Of a DNA stretch of 32,000 nt, positions 28,438 through 32,000 are shown piece by piece; position 1 is the stretch's first letter; every line of letters starts with the position of its first letter. A program made the position numbers and the translations under genes. A model generated the notes under the pieces. That model was not told where the DNA came from. It worked only from the letters and a program-made list of their open reading frames with translations, and made no database searches. The stretch covers positions 210,001 through 242,000 of the forward strand of contig NZ_LT606950.1 in NCBI RefSeq assembly GCF_900095195.1, given 5' to 3'. The DNA comes from Polynucleobacter necessarius (GTDB taxonomy: Bacteria > Pseudomonadota > Gammaproteobacteria > Burkholderiales > Burkholderiaceae).

Positions 28438-28468
28438 AGACAGTATCACATATTCACCCGAAGTTTAT

Positions 28469-29428
28469 ATGGCGACACTTTTAGTTATTGGCGGTTCAGG
28501 TTTTTTTGGGAAATCCATTTTGGATGTATATCGTCGAGGTTTGCTGCAGCCCTGGGGGGTTGAGCGAATTGAAGTAGTTTCAAGAAATGCAAGTGCTTTA
28601 ATTCGTTCAAACCCAGAGTTAATCTCAGAAAAATTTTTTTTACACGATATTGATATTACATTATGTCGTGAACTTCCGGTTGCTGATTATGTAATACACG
28701 CCGCTGCCTCTACTGATGCTCGAGGCTACCTTTTAAGGCCTGAAATAGAAAGAAAAAACATACAATTAGGCGTCTCCAATTTTTGCAGATTAGCAACAAT
28801 TTTTTTGCCGAAAAGTAAGATTTTGTATGTGAGTTCTGGTGCAGTATACGGGCAACAACTTGAAGCCTTAGGCCACATTCAAGAGGACGCCATTCTACAG
28901 CCGATTGATTCGCTGGATCATGGAAAACGTGATTATGCTGCTGCTAAACGGGATGCAGAGTATTGTGTGCAGGAATTGGGCAAGGCAGGCATTAAGGTGG
29001 CGATTGCACGATGTTTTGCTTTTGTTGGATTCTATTTGCCCAGAAATCAGCACTTTGCAATTGGTAATTTTATTGAGGATGGTCTTCAGGGAAGGGATGT
29101 GCAAGTCAAAGCACAGCATTGCGTTTATCGAAGTTATTTATATTCTGATGATTTGGTATTATGGCTTATGAAGATTTTAGATAAGGCCTCTTACGCATGC
29201 CCTATCGTGAATGTTGGCTCTGATCAAGCTGTATTAATCCATGAGCTTGCTGAAAAAATATCAAAGCGCTTTAAGGTGGGGGTTCAATTATCGCGATTAA
29301 ACTATTCAATAGTTGATCGATATGTCCCTTCGATAAACAAAGGTTTGATGATGGGCTGCCCAAAACCACTAGATCTCGATGGTGCAATTGACATGACCTT
29401 AGAAAAGATATTGGAAAGTAAATCATGA
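28469..29428 (+). CDS. NAD(P)-dependent epimerase/dehydratase-family (extended SDR) protein
   Basis: 319 aa with LLVIGGSGFFGKSILD (Rossmann) and a YAAAKRDAE catalytic YxxxK. Confidence 0.8.
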   Translation: MATLLVIGGSGFFGKSILDVYRRGLLQPWGVERIEVVSRNASALIRSNPELISEKFFLHDIDITLCRELPVADYVIHAAASTDARGYLLRPEIERKNIQLGVSNFCRLATIFLPKSKILYVSSGAVYGQQLEALGHIQEDAILQPIDSLDHGKRDYAAAKRDAEYCVQELGKAGIKVAIARCFAFVGFYLPRNQHFAIGNFIEDGLQGRDVQVKAQHCVYRSYLYSDDLVLWLMKILDKASYACPIVNVGSDQAVLIHELAEKISKRFKVGVQLSRLNYSIVDRYVPSINKGLMMGCPKPLDLDGAIDMTLEKILESKS

Positions 29429-30846
29429 CCCCTTGCGTTGGAGCTGAGCACTCAAGTGCACCAGGAAGAGTTATTCCCTCTTGGGTAATATGGGCTCAAA
29501 GCATTTTCTTTTCTATTCTGTATGCGGTTTGGGGCTACCCAAATACTATTTTTTTCACAGATTCGTTAATCATTATTGGAGCCATACTTAGTGTTTATAG
29601 TCTTTACTTGAATCGTTACCTTTTAAAGACTTCATGGCCATTGCCATTTTGGTTTTTGGTGGCAATGATTATGTGGATGATTTTTCATCTATTTTTTTTA
29701 AGCGATAATTTTCCTCGGCAATTTAGGGAGTTGGAGAGTATTTGGAAGCGTGTAACCATTGTAATGATTTATGGCTTAGGGTTTGGTCTAGGCATTTCTA
29801 GATTTAAGTCAGTATCTAAGTGCATTATTTTAATTTATTTCGGCATGATAGGACCAGGGCTTATTTATATTTTTAAGTATATTTTAGGTCTTTACGCAAC
29901 TCAACACAATCTAGTATTGCCAGATTACTTGATTCTTTATGATCGGCCTATTTCAGCATATTGGATTTATAAAACTGCTTATACAGTTGCTCTAATGCCA
30001 ACGTTTGCTGTGGGTATTGGAATTCTTCAATTCTGCGCCCTTAGGAAAATGAATTACTTCTTTAGCGCTGTAGCTATTTTTGGCATGTTAATTTCTGTAT
30101 TAGTTTTTAATTTGGTAAATATTAAAAATGCAGTCATTTATACCTCTGTATTGACAATAATTTTTTTAATTTCACTTGTGTTAAATTCCTGGAGAAAATT
30201 ATTAAATAATAGTAAGCTCCTTAAACGCGCTTTTTTAGTGGCAGTCATTATTTGCGTCCCAATATTATTTTCGATTGATCAAAGTCTTGAAAAAAACTCA
30301 GCTTGGAAAAGTTTTTTTCAAGATGTCAAGGTAGGGCAGCAGGTTGATTTATATGAAAAGTGGAAGGAATTTGGGGGCAATGGGTTTCCCGTTAATGAAA
30401 ATGGCAAGGTGGTGTCAGTAACGGTTTACTATAGGACGGCGTGGGCGATTGTCGGTTCAAGAATGCTCATTGAGAACCCGTTGGGTTACGGATTAGTCTA
30501 CCGATCATTTGCAAATTTGGGATTAAAGAAGTGGCCAAACTCTTCTCTTGATCAAGTTCATAGCGGGTGGCTTGACTTAGCTTTAGGGATTGGCGTGCCT
30601 GGAATAATTTTAATTTTTACCGCATTTCTTCTCGTTCTATATCGGTTGCATACAATCTCGAAGTCGTCAAATATTGCGGATGATCAAGCTTTATTGGCTT
30701 GCGTTTTGTCTTGGGGATTGTTTGCAATTTTTTTGACCTGGACAACTTCGGAAATTTCCCAAGGTATTAATTTAGTTCAACTTATCTTTTGGATTTGCTT
30801 TGGAGTTGGCAGTACTATGACAAAAAAATACCTTTGTTATAGGTAA
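29425..30846 (+). CDS. polytopic membrane protein of the O-antigen polymerase/ligase (Wzy_C) superfamily
   Basis: 473 aa with at least 10 hydrophobic segments and a large loop (about aa 290-370). This is followed by QVHSGWLDLALGIGVPG, resembling the Wzy_C/WaaL H-x(n)-G-x-G motif. Its start overlaps the previous stop (ATGA). Confidence 0.65.
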   Translation: MTPCVGAEHSSAPGRVIPSWVIWAQSIFFSILYAVWGYPNTIFFTDSLIIIGAILSVYSLYLNRYLLKTSWPLPFWFLVAMIMWMIFHLFFLSDNFPRQFRELESIWKRVTIVMIYGLGFGLGISRFKSVSKCIILIYFGMIGPGLIYIFKYILGLYATQHNLVLPDYLILYDRPISAYWIYKTAYTVALMPTFAVGIGILQFCALRKMNYFFSAVAIFGMLISVLVFNLVNIKNAVIYTSVLTIIFLISLVLNSWRKLLNNSKLLKRAFLVAVIICVPILFSIDQSLEKNSAWKSFFQDVKVGQQVDLYEKWKEFGGNGFPVNENGKVVSVTVYYRTAWAIVGSRMLIENPLGYGLVYRSFANLGLKKWPNSSLDQVHSGWLDLALGIGVPGIILIFTAFLLVLYRLHTISKSSNIADDQALLACVLSWGLFAIFLTWTTSEISQGINLVQLIFWICFGVGSTMTKKYLCYR

Positions 30847-30933
30847 ATTTTGGGACAAAATTACTCCAAGACGTTGCTACCCCATTAGGCTTTCACAATT
30901 TTTCAACAAAATTTTACATATACAGGATAGCTT

Positions 30934-31629
30934 TTGAAAAGATTGGCAATTATTCCCGCGAGAGGTGGTAGTAAAAGGATACCAAAGAAGAATATTAGGC
31001 TATTTCATGGTAGACCTATGATTCTATGGGTACTGGAGCAAATTAGAGCATCCGATCAGTTTGATGTGATACACGTCTCAACCGATGACAAGGAAACACT
31101 TGAGTTGGTTAGTGCAGCAGGATTTTCGCCCGAATTTATGAGAAATCCAGAGGCTGCAACTGATAGCGCTCCATTGAGTGATGTGAAGAGATATGTATTA
31201 GAGAAATACAGTGAGAGAGGGTTTGAATTTGATATAGTAGGCATATTTTTTGCCACTGCTGTTTTCTTGGACAAAAATTGTATCTCGGATGCTCTTAAGC
31301 AGTTTGAAATTAATAATCAAGTCAATGAAATGATATCCGTAACAAAATTTTCGGTTCCAATTGAGTGGGCATTAAAAATGAACGGTAATGGAATATTGTT
31401 GCCGGTTGATAGTATTGGCATTACAAAAAGATCTCAGGATCTTCCGGTTTCATGGCACGAAACAGGGGAGTTTGTTTTATATAAGGAAAAATCATTCACT
31501 CTTGCACAACAAACCAGAACTTTAAAAGGTGGATATTCAGTGAACCACCTTTCAGTTGACATAGATACTCCTGAGGATTTGGTTAAGGCCGAACAACTTT
31601 TTTATTTAAAAAATCACATACCGCTATAA
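30934..31629 (+). CDS. acylneuraminate cytidylyltransferase-family protein (CMP-ulosonic acid synthetase-like)
   Basis: 231 aa with a TTG start. MKRLAIIPARGGSKRIPKKNI is the CMP-NeuAc/PseF/KdsB-type glycine-rich loop, and the C-terminal DIDTPEDL motif is present. Confidence 0.85.
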   Translation: MKRLAIIPARGGSKRIPKKNIRLFHGRPMILWVLEQIRASDQFDVIHVSTDDKETLELVSAAGFSPEFMRNPEAATDSAPLSDVKRYVLEKYSERGFEFDIVGIFFATAVFLDKNCISDALKQFEINNQVNEMISVTKFSVPIEWALKMNGNGILLPVDSIGITKRSQDLPVSWHETGEFVLYKEKSFTLAQQTRTLKGGYSVNHLSVDIDTPEDLVKAEQLFYLKNHIPL

Positions 31630-31638
31630 TGGATCCAT

Positions 31639-32000
31639 ATGAACATGGAAGATAGTTTCAGTGGGAAAACAGTGCTTATTACTGGAGCCTCAGGTGGTAT
31701 TGGCTCCGCAATTGCATTATTTTTCGCATCCAAAGGAGCGAACTTAATATTATTGGGTCACGATAATTCTGCTCTGATGGAGTCGTTGTTATTTGAGGTA
31801 AAAAAATATGATGTTTCTGTTATTGATATCTTAGGCGATATTTCATCGCCAGTTTTTTGCGATGCCGTTAAATTCACCTCAATTCGGAATTTTAAAAAAG
31901 TTGATATTTTAGTAAACTGCGCTGGAATAATTACTAGAACTCCTTTTGAGCTCATGACCCTTGAAGAGTGGTCGTCTGTAATTAACGTAAACTTAAACGG
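31639..32000 (+). CDS. short-chain dehydrogenase/reductase (classical SDR), 5' part only, continues past the window
   Basis: My translation from ATG 31639 gives MNMEDSFSGKTVLITGASGGIGSAIALFFASKGANLILLG...VDILVNCAGI, with the TGxxxGxG and NxAG motifs. It stays open to position 32000 and is absent from the track because there is no stop. Confidence 0.8.
   Translation, partial: MNMEDSFSGKTVLITGASGGIGSAIALFFASKGANLILLGHDNSALMESLLFEVKKYDVSVIDILGDISSPVFCDAVKFTSIRNFKKVDILVNCAGIITRTPFELMTLEEWSSVINVNLN

Noticed and set aside
22197-30846. T7/T8 and A7 homopolymer tracts inside rfbG, the SDR (e.g. around 28499 and 28632) and the Wzy_C gene as phase-variation switches.
   Set aside because: The tracts are no longer than 8 nt, encode ordinary Phe/Lys codons, and are expected at this frequency in such AT-rich DNA. 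All these ORFs are intact and there is no evidence of length polymorphism from a single sequence.

Overview
Mid-40s % G+C (judged by eye) chromosome segment that looks betaproteobacterial. The exbD-lpxK-ycaR-kdsB-adk synteny is Burkholderiales-type; a Polynucleobacter-like origin is only my inference. Positions 1-12.4 kb hold housekeeping genes: a partial second gmd paralogue, adk, kdsB, a trm112-like gene, lpxK, xseA, murB, yajQ, xerD, plsY, a MAPEG protein and a HiPIP. A yefM-yoeB toxin-antitoxin cassette is inserted among them. Three genes in this part look decayed: folE is split over at least 3 reading-frame segments, an HPP-family gene is frameshifted, and exbD is 5'-atypical with exbB missing. 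From 12.4 kb to the window edge lies a ~20 kb, compositionally mosaic surface-glycan locus. It encodes (i) GDP-L-fucose synthesis (manC-gmd-fcl) plus a GT10 fucosyltransferase. It also encodes (ii) the CDP-3,6-dideoxyhexose core rfbF-rfbG-rfbH, coupled to a YerE-like ThDP enzyme; this predicts a branched-chain sugar, but no E3 reductase is in view. It further encodes (iii) a NeuB-like / HAD / CMP-transferase ulosonic-acid module, (iv) a Wzy_C-type membrane protein, and (v) an inverted two-gene module with an unusual nucleotidyltransferase-kinase fusion translationally coupled to a mini HAD phosphatase. I saw no rRNA, tRNA, CRISPR array, transposase or phage gene. All family assignments rest on motifs I read in the translations; no database search was run.
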